From: an uncultured Rikenellaceae bacterium
GTDB lineage: Bacteria > Bacteroidota > Bacteroidia > Bacteroidales > VadinHA17
Length of the DNA stretch: 64,000 bases
Assembly (NCBI GenBank): GCA_964419775.1
Contig: CAYQRF010000002.1
Location: 7,837-71,836 of the forward strand
Direction of reading: 5' to 3'
In this document: in pieces, positions 30,622 through 40,736 of the stretch
Layout of the letters: each line of letters starts with the position of its first letter
Numbering within the stretch: the first letter of the stretch is position 1
Program-made: the position numbers and the translations under genes
The notes under the pieces: model-generated
Seen by the model: only the letters and a program-made list of their open reading frames with translations
Databases searched by the model: none
Told to the model about the DNA's origin: nothing

Positions 30622-31233
30622 TCAGAAAGTGCCTTTCAGAACATACCTCAGATCGCTTATCCTGTCGAGGGATGAAAGTATCCTTTCTCCCGAGGCACGT
30701 CTGAAACTAATCGTCAAACGGCATTCCAGACCAAATGACTGTTCCGACTGGCCTGCCTCCTCTTCTTTTACAAGCTTCATCACCTCGTTCATTGCAGAGT
30801 AGGGAAACGTCAGTACATAATGATCCAGGACATGATGCTCAAGTATTTCATTGTTAATAAGGGCGGATCCGGCTGCCATCCGGTAGGCATTTATCAATCC
30901 GCTGACCCCAAGAAGCTTGCCTCCGAAATACCTTACCACAATAATCAGAATATTGGTTACCTGAAAGGCATTTATTTGTCCAAGGATAGGTTTTCCTGCG
31001 CTGCCTGAGGGTTCTCCGTCATCATTAACCCTGTAATTGATCCGTTCGTGGCCGATCATCCAGGCGAAGCAATGATGCCTGGCTGAGTGGTGTTCCTTTT
31101 TTACCTGTGAAAGAATGCCTTTGATTTCTTCCTGATCCGTGACAGGGAAAGCCAGTGAAATGAACCTGCTTCCTTTTTCCTTGTAGAGGCCTTCTGAAAA
31201 TGATTTGATGGTAAGGTAGGTATCCGGTTCCAT
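30622..31233 (-). CDS. YigZ / IMPACT family protein
   Basis: KGSRFISLAFPV...HHCFAW...DDGEPSGSAGKPIL signature in a 203-aa ORF. Confidence 0.85.
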   Translation of the reverse strand: MEPDTYLTIKSFSEGLYKEKGSRFISLAFPVTDQEEIKGILSQVKKEHHSARHHCFAWMIGHERINYRVNDDGEPSGSAGKPILGQINAFQVTNILIIVVRYFGGKLLGVSGLINAYRMAAGSALINNEILEHHVLDHYVLTFPYSAMNEVMKLVKEEEAGQSEQSFGLECRLTISFRRASGERILSSLDRISDLRYVLKGTF

Positions 31234-31302
31234 GAATAAAATAAAGCTGAAGAACTGCCGTTGATACTATGGTGCAATATTAGCCATATTATGTCAGGAA
31301 GG

Positions 31303-31333
31303 TTTCCGTGTAATACGAAAAATGATACTTTTG
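31303..31333 (+). promoter_or_regulatory. probable promoter (TTTC N19 TACTTTTG) for the GroES-like gene
   Basis: Exact TAnnTTTG at 31326-31333. The -33 element is the variant TTTC at 31303-31306 with a 19-nt spacer. Confidence 0.4.
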
Positions 31334-31352
31334 TTTAAAAAAGAAATCAGAG

Positions 31353-31736
31353 ATGGGCGTGTTACTGGATGAAAAAGACCTTGGCAAACTGATAGTTATA
31401 GGCGACAGGATCCTTATAAAACCGAAGGTTCCGCAGGCAAAGACAAAGAGCGGACTGTACCTGCCGCCTGGTGTTAATGAGAATGAAAAAGTTCAGATTG
31501 GCTATGTTGTCAAGGTTGGACCGGGTTATCCGATACCATCGGTAACCGATGCCGATGAACCCTGGAAAGGCAGAACAGAGGATCCGAAATATGTTCCGCT
31601 GCAGCCCAAAGAGGGAGATCAGGCGGTCTACCTTCAGAACAGCGCCATTGAAATTGAGTTCAACAAGGAAAAATATATTGTCGTTCCGCAATCAGCAATT
31701 CTACTGCTTTTAAGGGATGACGGACTTTTTGAATAA
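31353..31736 (+). CDS. GroES/Cpn10-family co-chaperone-like protein with an insertion, not next to groEL
   Basis: IVIGDRILIKPKVPQAKTKSGLYLP mirrors the GroES mobile-loop region. At 127 aa it is longer than canonical GroES. Confidence 0.6.
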   Translation: MGVLLDEKDLGKLIVIGDRILIKPKVPQAKTKSGLYLPPGVNENEKVQIGYVVKVGPGYPIPSVTDADEPWKGRTEDPKYVPLQPKEGDQAVYLQNSAIEIEFNKEKYIVVPQSAILLLLRDDGLFE

Positions 31737-32133
31737 AACCGGGCAAATGGAAAATGAATACCTGAGCACAAAAAAGATTCTTATTGTCGAGGATGACGTG
31801 TCGAGCAGGCTCTATCTTAACAAGATTCTTGAAAAGACCGGGGCATCGCTTTTAAGCGCCTGCGATGGAAAAGAAGCCATTGAAGCAGCCAAGGCAAATC
31901 CCGACATCGATATAATCCTCATGGATATTCAGCTTCCCCTTATCGATGGCTACGGAGCGGCAAAGGTTATCAGGGAATTAAGGAAGAATGTTATTATCAT
32001 AGCCCAGACTGCCTACAGTCTTCTTGGCGACCGTGAGAAAATAATTGCATCAGGTTTTGATGATTATGTAGTCAAACCCATATTTCCCCAGCAGCTGATA
32101 GAGAAGCTTGCGAAATTTTCCCGGAAGACCTGA
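31717..32133 (+). CDS. single-domain response regulator (CheY-like receiver)
   Basis: KILIVEDD, the phospho-acceptor context ILMDIQLP, AQTA and VVKP, so all receiver hallmarks are present. The ATG at 31717 overlaps the upstream gene by 20 nt. An alternative ATG is at 31747. Confidence 0.85.
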   Translation: MTDFLNKTGQMENEYLSTKKILIVEDDVSSRLYLNKILEKTGASLLSACDGKEAIEAAKANPDIDIILMDIQLPLIDGYGAAKVIRELRKNVIIIAQTAYSLLGDREKIIASGFDDYVVKPIFPQQLIEKLAKFSRKT

Positions 32134-32150
32134 ATACAAGGAATTGCGAT

Positions 32151-33326
32151 CTACTCAGGATAAGCCGATAGCTGCCTGAATTCATATTCAAACTGCTCAA
32201 TCTCGCCTTTCCATCTCTCCCTTTCAATCCTCGCAGGAACACCATTAAGCAGGGCACTTCTCATAATTGAATCACCTGACAGTATGTCAAAGGGCATCAG
32301 TTTATATTCATATTCATACGGCGGATCGTTAAATCTGAGCGATCCGGGAGGAGAAGTCTCAATTACTGCCGAAAAAACCTCGTAGGCAGTCAGTACCGGC
32401 AGAAATTCTTCCGGTTCAGTAACATGTATCTGGAGGCCGTTGCATGCCTGGCCGGCATATTTGTTGAATGTCGGAATGAAATTATGAACCCTGAATATGC
32501 ACCCCGGAATTTTTCTTCCGTCAAGGTTATTCTTCAGCTTATCTGCATCAATATAAGGAGCTCCTGATAACTCGAAGGGTATTGTGGTTCCCCTTCCTTC
32601 CGACATATTGAGCGCTTCTGCAAGAACCATCCCCGGATAAACAATTGCTGTCCTGAGGGTGGGCATGTTGGGCGATGGAAGTATCCAGGGCAAACCAGTC
32701 TGATCGAACAATGATTGCCTTTTCCAGTTCTTCATCCATACAATTTTAAGCAAACAGTTTATGCTGTGATTTTCCCTGATCCATAAAGCCATTTCGCCAA
32801 GTGTCATCCGGTGGCATAGGGGAATGGAAGCGCCGCCGACGAATGTGAAGTAATCCTCCTTAAGCACCGGCCCGTCGAACTGAATCAGTCCTATAGGGTT
32901 TGGCCTGTCAAGTATCCATACGGGTATCCCGGCTTCGGCACATGCTTCCATGCAAAGCTTAACGGTCCAGACATAAGTGTAGAGACGGGCTCCCACGTCC
33001 TGGAGATCAACAACAAACGCATCGAGCCCGGCAAGCATTTCCGGGGTGGGTTTCCTGTGTTCTCCGTACAGGCTGTAAACCGGAATTCCATACAGTGGAT
33101 GAACCGAACTGCTCCATTCTATCATATTGTCCTGTGTCTGTCCGTAAAGACCGTGCTGGGGACCGAACACTGATGCCAGGGTACAATCAGCTTTGCTTCT
33201 GAAAATTGTAGTTATGTGGGTATAGTCGGATGCAACGCTTGGCGCATGGCATAGTATTCCAACTCTTTTCCCGGTGAGTTCCAATGGAGTATGATGCCTT
33301 ATCTGGTCGAGTCCGGTTTGAGTCAT
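32151..33326 (-). CDS. DUF1343 protein (NamZ-type exo-beta-N-acetylmuramidase family)
   Basis: 391-aa ORF with a GKRVGILCHAPSV N-terminus and FVVDLQDVGARLYTY, which are typical of DUF1343. Confidence 0.75.
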   Translation of the reverse strand: MTQTGLDQIRHHTPLELTGKRVGILCHAPSVASDYTHITTIFRSKADCTLASVFGPQHGLYGQTQDNMIEWSSSVHPLYGIPVYSLYGEHRKPTPEMLAGLDAFVVDLQDVGARLYTYVWTVKLCMEACAEAGIPVWILDRPNPIGLIQFDGPVLKEDYFTFVGGASIPLCHRMTLGEMALWIRENHSINCLLKIVWMKNWKRQSLFDQTGLPWILPSPNMPTLRTAIVYPGMVLAEALNMSEGRGTTIPFELSGAPYIDADKLKNNLDGRKIPGCIFRVHNFIPTFNKYAGQACNGLQIHVTEPEEFLPVLTAYEVFSAVIETSPPGSLRFNDPPYEYEYKLMPFDILSGDSIMRSALLNGVPARIERERWKGEIEQFEYEFRQLSAYPE

Positions 33327-33455
33327 GGTATTAATTAATGATGCTGTGCATATTTAACTATCTTTAACTGGCAACCCGATAATTGCCCTTTCAAAATTAA
33401 GCTAAAGTAAATATTCTTTTTTAAGTTTATAACCCCGTTTATACTGATCTGCCTT

Positions 33456-36269
33456 ATGAGAAAATTTCTTCTTTTTGTATTCATTACCATCCAATTGTCT
33501 GTGACCGGTCAAAAGCAGCCTCTCGACCATTCGGTTTACGACAGATGGAAAAGCATCACCCAGTCGGTTATCTCACCCAACGGCAGCTTGGTTGCATTCA
33601 CTGTCAATCCGCAGGAAGGGGATGGCTGGCTTTATATTGCCGATATCCGGAATGGACTGAAGGACTCCGTGGCACGCGGCGGTTCTCCCCGCTTTTCACC
33701 GGGCTCTGACTTTGTTGCTTACACCATAGCGCCCGCAGCAGCTGAAACAAGGCAGGCGAAGCGGAAGAAGCTCAAGGAGGATATGATGCCAAAACAGGGT
33801 CTGGAGATCAGAAAACTGCCCGGAAATGAAATTACTCATGCAAAGAGGATAAAATCTTTCTCTTTAGCGGAAGAAACATCTCCCTGGATGGCATATCACA
33901 TGGAAAAGCCCATTCCCGCAAAGGAGAGTGCTGATTCAACTAAGACAGCCAACGGTAATTCTGATGTAAAGAACAGTAAGAAAAACTTGAAGGGCAGTGA
34001 ACTGGTTGTATTTAATCCGTTGTCCAACACCAGTTTCAACTTTCCTGATGTTACAGAGTTTGTAGTGGCAAAAGGAGGAAATTCAATAAGTTTTATCCAG
34101 GAACTTCCCGATACATCCCTGATAACCGGTTACAGGGTGAGCTCATTTGATTGCAGTAAGGGGATTCCGGTGACGCTTTTTGAAGGCAGGGGCAGTGTTA
34201 TAAAAATAACAACCGACAGACCCGGTTTTCAGACATCATTCCTTTATTCGGCCGATACTTCAAAAACGAAAGTCTATACTCTTTTTCTTTCACGGTCATT
34301 TGCGCCTTCGGTTTCCATAGTGGATACGGTCAACAGGTCGATGCCGCGAGGATGGTCAGTCAGCGAAAACAGCGATATGGCTTTCTCAGACAATGGAAAG
34401 AGATTGTTTTTCGGCACTTCCCCAAAACCTGTCAAAGAGCCTGAAGACACCCTTCTTGCAGAGGAGAAATACAAACTCGATGTGTGGTCATGGACCGACG
34501 GCCAGATTCAGCCGCAGCAGAAGAAACAGCTAGATAGGGAAATCAAGAGAGTCTACCAGGCTGTTTATCATACGGATAAGAATACGATGTATCAGCTTGC
34601 CGATAAGACAATGCCTGAACTCAGGCTGAATACCAGATCCGATTGCGATTTTGCACTTGGTATGTCTGGTCTCGAATATCAGAAATTGTCTTCATGGGAT
34701 TCAAGAAACTATGCTGACTACTTCATTGTCAGTCTGGAGACCGGCGAGAAACGGCTCATCCTCAAAGAATATCCTTCACAGGTTCAGTTATCTCCGGATG
34801 GCAATTTTCTGGCAGCATGGTCGCCCGGCGAAAAGAGCTGGAACCTTTTGTCGAGGGAGGGAGAACTGATTCGTAAGGTTATTTTGCCGGAAAATGTACC
34901 CCAGTATGATGAGCTTCATGACAGTCCGTCTGATCCTTCGCCATACGGTCTTGCAGGATGGACGGAAAAGGACAGGAACCTTATGATCTATGACAGATTC
35001 GATATCTGGTCGGTAAATACAGCAAAATCAGAGGAGCCGGTGAACATCACCAACGGTTATGGCAGGTTGAAGAATATCCGGTTCCGTTATGTAAAAACTG
35101 ATCCTGAGAAAGAATTTATTCCAGCCGGGGAACGAATGCTACTTTCGGCTTTTGACAATAACAGCAAGGAGGCCGGATTCTTTTCGGTAAGGCCCTTCAG
35201 TAAGGATATCCCTTCAGACCTGATAATTGAAAAGGCCGTGTTCTCAGGCGGAGTAACGAAAGCAAAGAAAAGCGACATGATAATATGGAGGAAGGAGTCG
35301 GTTGATGTTTCTCCTGAACTTTTCATAAGTGATATGAAGTTCAGCCGGCCGGTGAGGCTGTCTGTAACAAATCCGCAGCAGAAAAATTTCAACTGGATGA
35401 CTGCCGAACTTGTTGCATGGACTTCCTTCGACAACCAGACGCTAAGCGGAGTATTGTATAAACCCGAAAACTTTGATCCCTCCGGCAAGTATCCCATGAT
35501 TGTTTATTTCTACGAGCGCAGTTCAGACGGATTGTACAGCTATTTCCAGCCTGCACCCAGTGCTTCAATAATTAACAGATCCTTTGCGGTGAGCAACGGC
35601 TATCTGCTTTTCGTACCGGACATAATCTACACTACAGGTTACCCGGGTGAGAGCTGCTATAATGCCGTGGTTAGCGGCACACAGGCTCTTCTCGACAGGT
35701 ATGATTTCATCGACAGGAACAGGCTGGGCCTTGATGGTCAGAGCTGGGGCGGTTATCAGATAGCCTGGCTTGTAACCAGGACCAACATGTTCAGATGTGC
35801 CTATGCAGGAGCCCCTGTAAGCAACATGACAAGTGCCTATGGAGGCATCAGATGGGAATCGGGAATGAGCAGGATGTTTCAGTACGAAAAAACCCAGAGC
35901 AGGATAGGGGGCACATTGTGGGAGAGACCGATGCAGTACATCGAAAATTCACCTTTGTTCTACGTTCCAAAAATAAACACACCATTGCTCTTAATGCATA
36001 ATGATGCTGACGGAGCCGTCCCCTGGTACCAGGGCATTGAATTGTTCATGGCCCTCCGGCGGCTGGAAAAACCGGCATGGATGCTGTCGTATAATGATGA
36101 GGCCCACAATCTGGTAAGAAGACCAAACAGGAAAGACCTGTCGATAAGAAAAATGCAGTTCTTTGACCATTACCTTAAAGATAAGGATATGCCTTACTGG
36201 ATGAAAAACGGATTAACCCAGACTGAGAAAGGGAAGATCGACGGATATGAACTGATTGAAAATAAATGA
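33456..36269 (+). CDS. S9 family serine peptidase (prolyl oligopeptidase/DPP type) with N-terminal beta-propeller region
   Basis: 937-aa ORF with a signal peptide, the nucleophile GLDGQSWGGYQ, the Asp context HNDADGAVP and the His context YNDEAHNL. Confidence 0.85.
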   Translation: MRKFLLFVFITIQLSVTGQKQPLDHSVYDRWKSITQSVISPNGSLVAFTVNPQEGDGWLYIADIRNGLKDSVARGGSPRFSPGSDFVAYTIAPAAAETRQAKRKKLKEDMMPKQGLEIRKLPGNEITHAKRIKSFSLAEETSPWMAYHMEKPIPAKESADSTKTANGNSDVKNSKKNLKGSELVVFNPLSNTSFNFPDVTEFVVAKGGNSISFIQELPDTSLITGYRVSSFDCSKGIPVTLFEGRGSVIKITTDRPGFQTSFLYSADTSKTKVYTLFLSRSFAPSVSIVDTVNRSMPRGWSVSENSDMAFSDNGKRLFFGTSPKPVKEPEDTLLAEEKYKLDVWSWTDGQIQPQQKKQLDREIKRVYQAVYHTDKNTMYQLADKTMPELRLNTRSDCDFALGMSGLEYQKLSSWDSRNYADYFIVSLETGEKRLILKEYPSQVQLSPDGNFLAAWSPGEKSWNLLSREGELIRKVILPENVPQYDELHDSPSDPSPYGLAGWTEKDRNLMIYDRFDIWSVNTAKSEEPVNITNGYGRLKNIRFRYVKTDPEKEFIPAGERMLLSAFDNNSKEAGFFSVRPFSKDIPSDLIIEKAVFSGGVTKAKKSDMIIWRKESVDVSPELFISDMKFSRPVRLSVTNPQQKNFNWMTAELVAWTSFDNQTLSGVLYKPENFDPSGKYPMIVYFYERSSDGLYSYFQPAPSASIINRSFAVSNGYLLFVPDIIYTTGYPGESCYNAVVSGTQALLDRYDFIDRNRLGLDGQSWGGYQIAWLVTRTNMFRCAYAGAPVSNMTSAYGGIRWESGMSRMFQYEKTQSRIGGTLWERPMQYIENSPLFYVPKINTPLLLMHNDADGAVPWYQGIELFMALRRLEKPAWMLSYNDEAHNLVRRPNRKDLSIRKMQFFDHYLKDKDMPYWMKNGLTQTEKGKIDGYELIENK

Positions 36270-36297
36270 TATTAATCCTTCAAAACCGAACCTATCA

Positions 36298-38055
36298 ATG
36301 AGAACAAGAATATCATTCACCTGCTGGGCAGTAGTTGTTCTGACAGCTTTTTTTATTTCATGCACGGGTGGCGGGGCAGAAGGGGATTTGATAATCCTCG
36401 AGACAACCGACCTCCACGGTGTTGTTCTTCCGTACGATTACATGGAACAGCAGAAAATGGAGGTCTCACTTGCTTCAATCGCTTCATATGTTAAAAAGGC
36501 ACGGAGCGGCCCTGCTCCGGTGATTCTGCTCGATAATGGCGATAACCTTCAGGGACAGCCATCGGTTTATTATTATAATTTCATCGACACGGTATCTCCT
36601 CATATAAATGCTGTGGCTTTCAATTCGATGGAATATGATGCCATTACAGTCGGAAACCATGATATTGAGGCCGGTCATGCCGTATACGACAGGCTGGTCA
36701 GGGAATACAATTTCCCGCTGCTGGCGGCCAATGCAGTTAATCTGTCAACCGGCAAGCCCTATTTCAAGCCATTCACCATAATAGAAAAGAAAGGTATAAG
36801 GGTTGCTGTATTCGGAATGGTGACTCCGTCAATCCCTCAATGGCTGCCTCCGGAACTGTATTCGGGAATGGAATTCAGGGATATGCTCGAAACCGCGGAA
36901 AAATATATGCCGTTGATAAAGAAAGAAAAACCCGATCTGATAGTGGGACTGATTCATTTGGGTTGGGATGGAAGGGATGATGACAGCGACAACCGTTATG
37001 ACAAAAATGGCGTGGCAGCCATAGCTTATAATGTACCTGGTTTTGATGTGATTCTCTGCGGTCATAACCACAACGTTGTAAATACATCGATTATCAATTC
37101 CGAAGGCGATAGTGTGCTTATTCTTGAAGGAGGCAGCAGGGCCCAGAAGATCGCCAGGGTCGACGTACGTTTAGTCAGGAATTCCAGCGGCAAAGTGCGG
37201 CCGGCAGCCAGGGGTTCTATCGTGGATGTCAGGGATTACAGTCCTGATCCTGAGTTCATGGGTAATTTCAAAGGTCACGACGCTGATGTAAAGGAATACG
37301 TCAGCAAGGTAATAGCCCATTCGGAGGCGAACATGTCATCGAGGGATTCATATTTTGGCTCATCTCCATTTGTGGATATGGTGCATTCAATTCAGCTTGA
37401 GATCACCGGAGCTGACATTTCGTTTTCAGCTCCTCTTTCATTCGATGTAAGTATTCCTGCAGGCCCTGTAACGGTGGGTGACATGTTCAAGCTTTACCGA
37501 TTCGAGAACATGCTCTATACGATGTGGATGACAGGTGCGGAAATACAAAAGTATCTTGAGTATTCTTATTCGGACTGGCTTAATACTATGAAGAGTCCGG
37601 GGGATAATCTCCTGAAATTCCAGATGACAAAAGACGGGAAGATCCTTATCAGGAACGGCGAAGCCTGGCTTAAGAATCAGCCATACAATTTTGACTCGGC
37701 AGCCGGTATCGATTACATTGTGGATGCCAGCAAGCCTGAGGGCAAAAGAGTTACAATAAAGTCATTTTCGGATGGCACGCCGTTTGAGATGAACAAGAGA
37801 TATAACGTAGCCGTAAATTCATACCGGGGAAACGGGGGAGGAGGCCATTTTACATCAGGAGCCGGAATTCAGGCCGGAAAACTTCCGGAAAGGCTTGTAA
37901 GCTCGACCGATAAGGACCTGAGGTACTATATACTGGTTAATCTTGAAAACCGGAAGACAATCAGGCCGGTGGCTCTCAATAACTGGAAGATAGTCCCGGA
38001 AGCCTGGGTAAAGCCGGCAATGATAAGGGATTATGAGTTGTTGTTTGGAAAATAA
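36298..38055 (+). CDS. bifunctional metallophosphatase / 5'-nucleotidase (UshA-like)
   Basis: TTDLHG, DNGDNLQG, GNHD and CGHNH metallophosphatase motifs, plus a C-terminal 5'-nucleotidase domain. The start is taken at the ATG at 36298, just before the signal/TM segment. Confidence 0.85.
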   Translation: MRTRISFTCWAVVVLTAFFISCTGGGAEGDLIILETTDLHGVVLPYDYMEQQKMEVSLASIASYVKKARSGPAPVILLDNGDNLQGQPSVYYYNFIDTVSPHINAVAFNSMEYDAITVGNHDIEAGHAVYDRLVREYNFPLLAANAVNLSTGKPYFKPFTIIEKKGIRVAVFGMVTPSIPQWLPPELYSGMEFRDMLETAEKYMPLIKKEKPDLIVGLIHLGWDGRDDDSDNRYDKNGVAAIAYNVPGFDVILCGHNHNVVNTSIINSEGDSVLILEGGSRAQKIARVDVRLVRNSSGKVRPAARGSIVDVRDYSPDPEFMGNFKGHDADVKEYVSKVIAHSEANMSSRDSYFGSSPFVDMVHSIQLEITGADISFSAPLSFDVSIPAGPVTVGDMFKLYRFENMLYTMWMTGAEIQKYLEYSYSDWLNTMKSPGDNLLKFQMTKDGKILIRNGEAWLKNQPYNFDSAAGIDYIVDASKPEGKRVTIKSFSDGTPFEMNKRYNVAVNSYRGNGGGGHFTSGAGIQAGKLPERLVSSTDKDLRYYILVNLENRKTIRPVALNNWKIVPEAWVKPAMIRDYELLFGK

Positions 38056-38080
38056 AGCTGTAACTATCACGTTCTGAAAT

Positions 38081-38710
38081 ATGGATAAAGTGCAAGAAAT
38101 GAGTTCTGACGGACTTGAGTTGCCGCTGGTTGAAGAGTTCTTTACGATTCAGGGAGAGGGATATCACTCAGGAGAGGCAGCGTGGTTCATCAGGCTGGGT
38201 GGCTGTGATGTTGGTTGCAACTGGTGCGATTCGCGCTTTTCATGGGATCCGGCCATGCATCCTCTGGTTCCGACGGAAAGGATTATTGACCACGCACTTG
38301 GTTCAGGTTCAGGATCAGTGATTGTTACCGGTGGTGAACCCCTGATGTGGAATCTTGATCTCCTGTGCAACGGGCTTAAAAATGCAGGCCTGCGCACTTT
38401 CATTGAGACCTCGGGTGCTTACAGGCTTAGCGGGGCGTGGGACTGGATATGTCTGTCGCCAAAGAAGAACATGCCGCCGACAGGAGATATCTGCCTTAAA
38501 GCAGATGAACTTAAAGTAATTATTGAAAACACAGATGATTTTGAATGGGCGGAGAAATACAGGAATCTGGTCGGACCCCGGTGCCGGCTCTACCTCCAGC
38601 CGGAATGGAGCAGGTTCAGGACAGTCATTCCTGATATCGTCAGCTATGTTAAAGCGAATCCCGTCTGGAAAATCTCCCTGCAGATACACAAATACATGCA
38701 TATTCCCTAG
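38081..38710 (+). CDS. queE: 7-carboxy-7-deazaguanine synthase (radical SAM)
   Basis: EEFFTIQGEGYHSGEAAWFIRLGGCDVGCNWCDS, which has the CxxxCxxC cluster in QueE context. 209 aa. Confidence 0.85.
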   Translation: MDKVQEMSSDGLELPLVEEFFTIQGEGYHSGEAAWFIRLGGCDVGCNWCDSRFSWDPAMHPLVPTERIIDHALGSGSGSVIVTGGEPLMWNLDLLCNGLKNAGLRTFIETSGAYRLSGAWDWICLSPKKNMPPTGDICLKADELKVIIENTDDFEWAEKYRNLVGPRCRLYLQPEWSRFRTVIPDIVSYVKANPVWKISLQIHKYMHIP

Positions 38711-38711
38711 G

Positions 38712-40655
38712 ATGAAACAAGGGCTGATCTTAATTATTGCATTCGTTCTGGTATTATTTATATCTGAGAATCAGTGCTATTCACAGAAATACCACACAAC
38801 TTCCGTAAAAGCCCTCAAGTTCTACAAGGCTGGAATGACTGCCTTTGACTATATCGATTACATAAATGCCGAAAGCTACTTCAATCAGGCGATTGAAACG
38901 GATGGAAACTTTTTTGAGGCTTATATGATGCTGGGTGAACTTCTCTCCAAGCAGAGGAGATACGGCGAGGCAGCCAGTAACTTCCAGAAAGCGGTCAGTC
39001 TCGATTCCACAGCCTACATGCCTGTCTTTTTCAACATGGCCACAGCTGAACTGATGTCGGGCAATTACGAAAGGGCACTAGTTCATTACAAAGTTTATCT
39101 GGCCCAGGATAAGATATCGGAAAAGAATAAGGCGCTTGCAATCAGAAATATAATAAACTGTGAGTATGCAATAGAAGCAGTTAAGAATCCTGTCCCCTTC
39201 AGCCCCGAAAGCGTTGGCAATGGCATAAACACCATACATGACGAATACTGGCCCTCTATTACCGCCGACGGACAGACTCTGATGTTTACTCGTCAGACTA
39301 AACCGGGTGAAAATGTCCTCAGGAGAGGTATTTCACAGGAGGATTTCTATGTCAGCTTCATGCAGGAGTCAGTCTGGAAGGAAGCGGTCAATGCTGGCAG
39401 TCCGCTGAATACAAGTCAGAATGAGGGAGCCCAGAGTCTGTCATCCGATGGTAACTACATGTATTTCACCGCATGCGACCGTTCCGGAGGATTGGGAAGC
39501 TGCGACATATTCTTTTCAGCTTTAAACAATGGCCGCTGGTCAATACCTGTCAACCTGGGAAGTCCTGTCAATACATCCTTCTGGGAAAGCCAGCCCTCTG
39601 TCAATGCCGACGGGCGGATGTTGTTCTTCTCGAGCAACAGACCAGGGGGCATCGGCGGGAAGGATCTTTATTTTTCAGTCTGGAAATCGAACGGAAAATG
39701 GAGTTTTCCCCGGAATATGGGAGACAAGGTAAATACACCGGGCGACGAGATGTCGCCGTTTATTCATTTTGACGGGAGGACTCTTTATTTTGCTTCTGAC
39801 GGGCGGCCGGGGATGGGCGGATCTGATATTTATTTCACCAGGATGCTTGAAGATACAACCTGGACGGAGCCGGTGAACCTGGGTTATCCCATTAATACCT
39901 ACAATGATGAGATGGGGCTCACAATCGAATCAGGAGGAGAGAAAGCCTATTTTTCATCCAGAAGGGACGACAGGGGAGGCAAGGATATCTTTTCTTTCAG
40001 GCTTCATGAGGCTGTGCAGCCCGACCCTGTGGCATATATCAAGGGAAAAGTCACCGACAAGGTAACCGGTCAGATGCTTGTTGCAGAATATGAGCTGGTA
40101 AACCTTACAACCGGTAAATCAGTATTCAATAACCAGACTGACACCAGGGGGAATTTTCTGGTTTGTCTGCCGTCAGGGAATAATTACGGCCTCAATATCA
40201 GCAAGGACGGTTACCTCTTTTATTCCGAAAATTTCATGCTGGAGGGAACTCATTCAGTATTGCAGCCTTTCATTAAAAACATTATGCTCAGCCCGTTCAG
40301 GGTAGGTGAAAGGATGCTTCTTTCCAATGTGTTCTTTGAAGTCGATTCGTGGCAGCTTAAAAAGGAATCCGTTGCCGAACTTAACATGCTGTCTGATTTA
40401 CTAAAGAACAACGGGGAACTAAGGGTTGAAATAGGCGGATACACTGATTCCACGGGTTCGGAAGAACACAATCTGGACCTTTCTGAGAAGAGGGCTCTTG
40501 CCGTGGTGGATTTCCTTGTGAGCAGCGGTATTCCTCAGGCGAGGCTGACTTACAGGGGATATGGAAATGCCTCACCTGTGGGAGATAATGTTACTTCCGA
40601 AGGCCGAAAACTCAACCGCCGTACTGAGGTTCAGATCACAGGGTACAAAAAATAG
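38712..40655 (+). CDS. OmpA-family protein with N-terminal TPR repeats and TolB-like (PD40) beta-propeller repeats
   Basis: Start taken at MKQGLILIIAFVLVLF (ATG at 38712). It has TPR-like helices and repeated W.E..N....N....E..PS...DG...FF.S.R.GG.G..D.. units. The C-terminal OmpA motif is GYTDSTGSEEHNLDLSEKRA. Confidence 0.85.
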   Translation: MKQGLILIIAFVLVLFISENQCYSQKYHTTSVKALKFYKAGMTAFDYIDYINAESYFNQAIETDGNFFEAYMMLGELLSKQRRYGEAASNFQKAVSLDSTAYMPVFFNMATAELMSGNYERALVHYKVYLAQDKISEKNKALAIRNIINCEYAIEAVKNPVPFSPESVGNGINTIHDEYWPSITADGQTLMFTRQTKPGENVLRRGISQEDFYVSFMQESVWKEAVNAGSPLNTSQNEGAQSLSSDGNYMYFTACDRSGGLGSCDIFFSALNNGRWSIPVNLGSPVNTSFWESQPSVNADGRMLFFSSNRPGGIGGKDLYFSVWKSNGKWSFPRNMGDKVNTPGDEMSPFIHFDGRTLYFASDGRPGMGGSDIYFTRMLEDTTWTEPVNLGYPINTYNDEMGLTIESGGEKAYFSSRRDDRGGKDIFSFRLHEAVQPDPVAYIKGKVTDKVTGQMLVAEYELVNLTTGKSVFNNQTDTRGNFLVCLPSGNNYGLNISKDGYLFYSENFMLEGTHSVLQPFIKNIMLSPFRVGERMLLSNVFFEVDSWQLKKESVAELNMLSDLLKNNGELRVEIGGYTDSTGSEEHNLDLSEKRALAVVDFLVSSGIPQARLTYRGYGNASPVGDNVTSEGRKLNRRTEVQITGYKK

Positions 40656-40683
40656 AACAGCTGCATTGGCAGGGCAGCTGTTC
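40655..40683. terminator. 10-bp hairpin between the convergent ompA-like and kinase-like genes
   Basis: GAACAGCTGC-ATTGGCAGG-GCAGCTGTTC. On the minus strand it is followed by TATTTTTT. Confidence 0.55.
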
Positions 40684-40736
40684 CGGACTCATGCATTGGC
40701 ATGCAGACATTGAAAAATTGACTTTTCTCTTCTTTA

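Noticed and set aside
38081-38710. The radical SAM enzyme might be a RiPP maturase for the GG-leader peptide.
   Set aside because: Its sequence context (TIQGEGYHSGEAAWFIRLGGCDVGCNWCDS, about 210 aa) is typical of QueE. It is separated from the peptide by the ompA-like gene and a terminator, and it is on the opposite strand.
38523-38711. A 63-codon N-terminal extension of the ompA-like ORF.
   Set aside because: The extension overlaps the 3' end of queE in another frame and has no signal peptide. The ATG at 38712 begins a proper signal sequence one nt after the queE stop.
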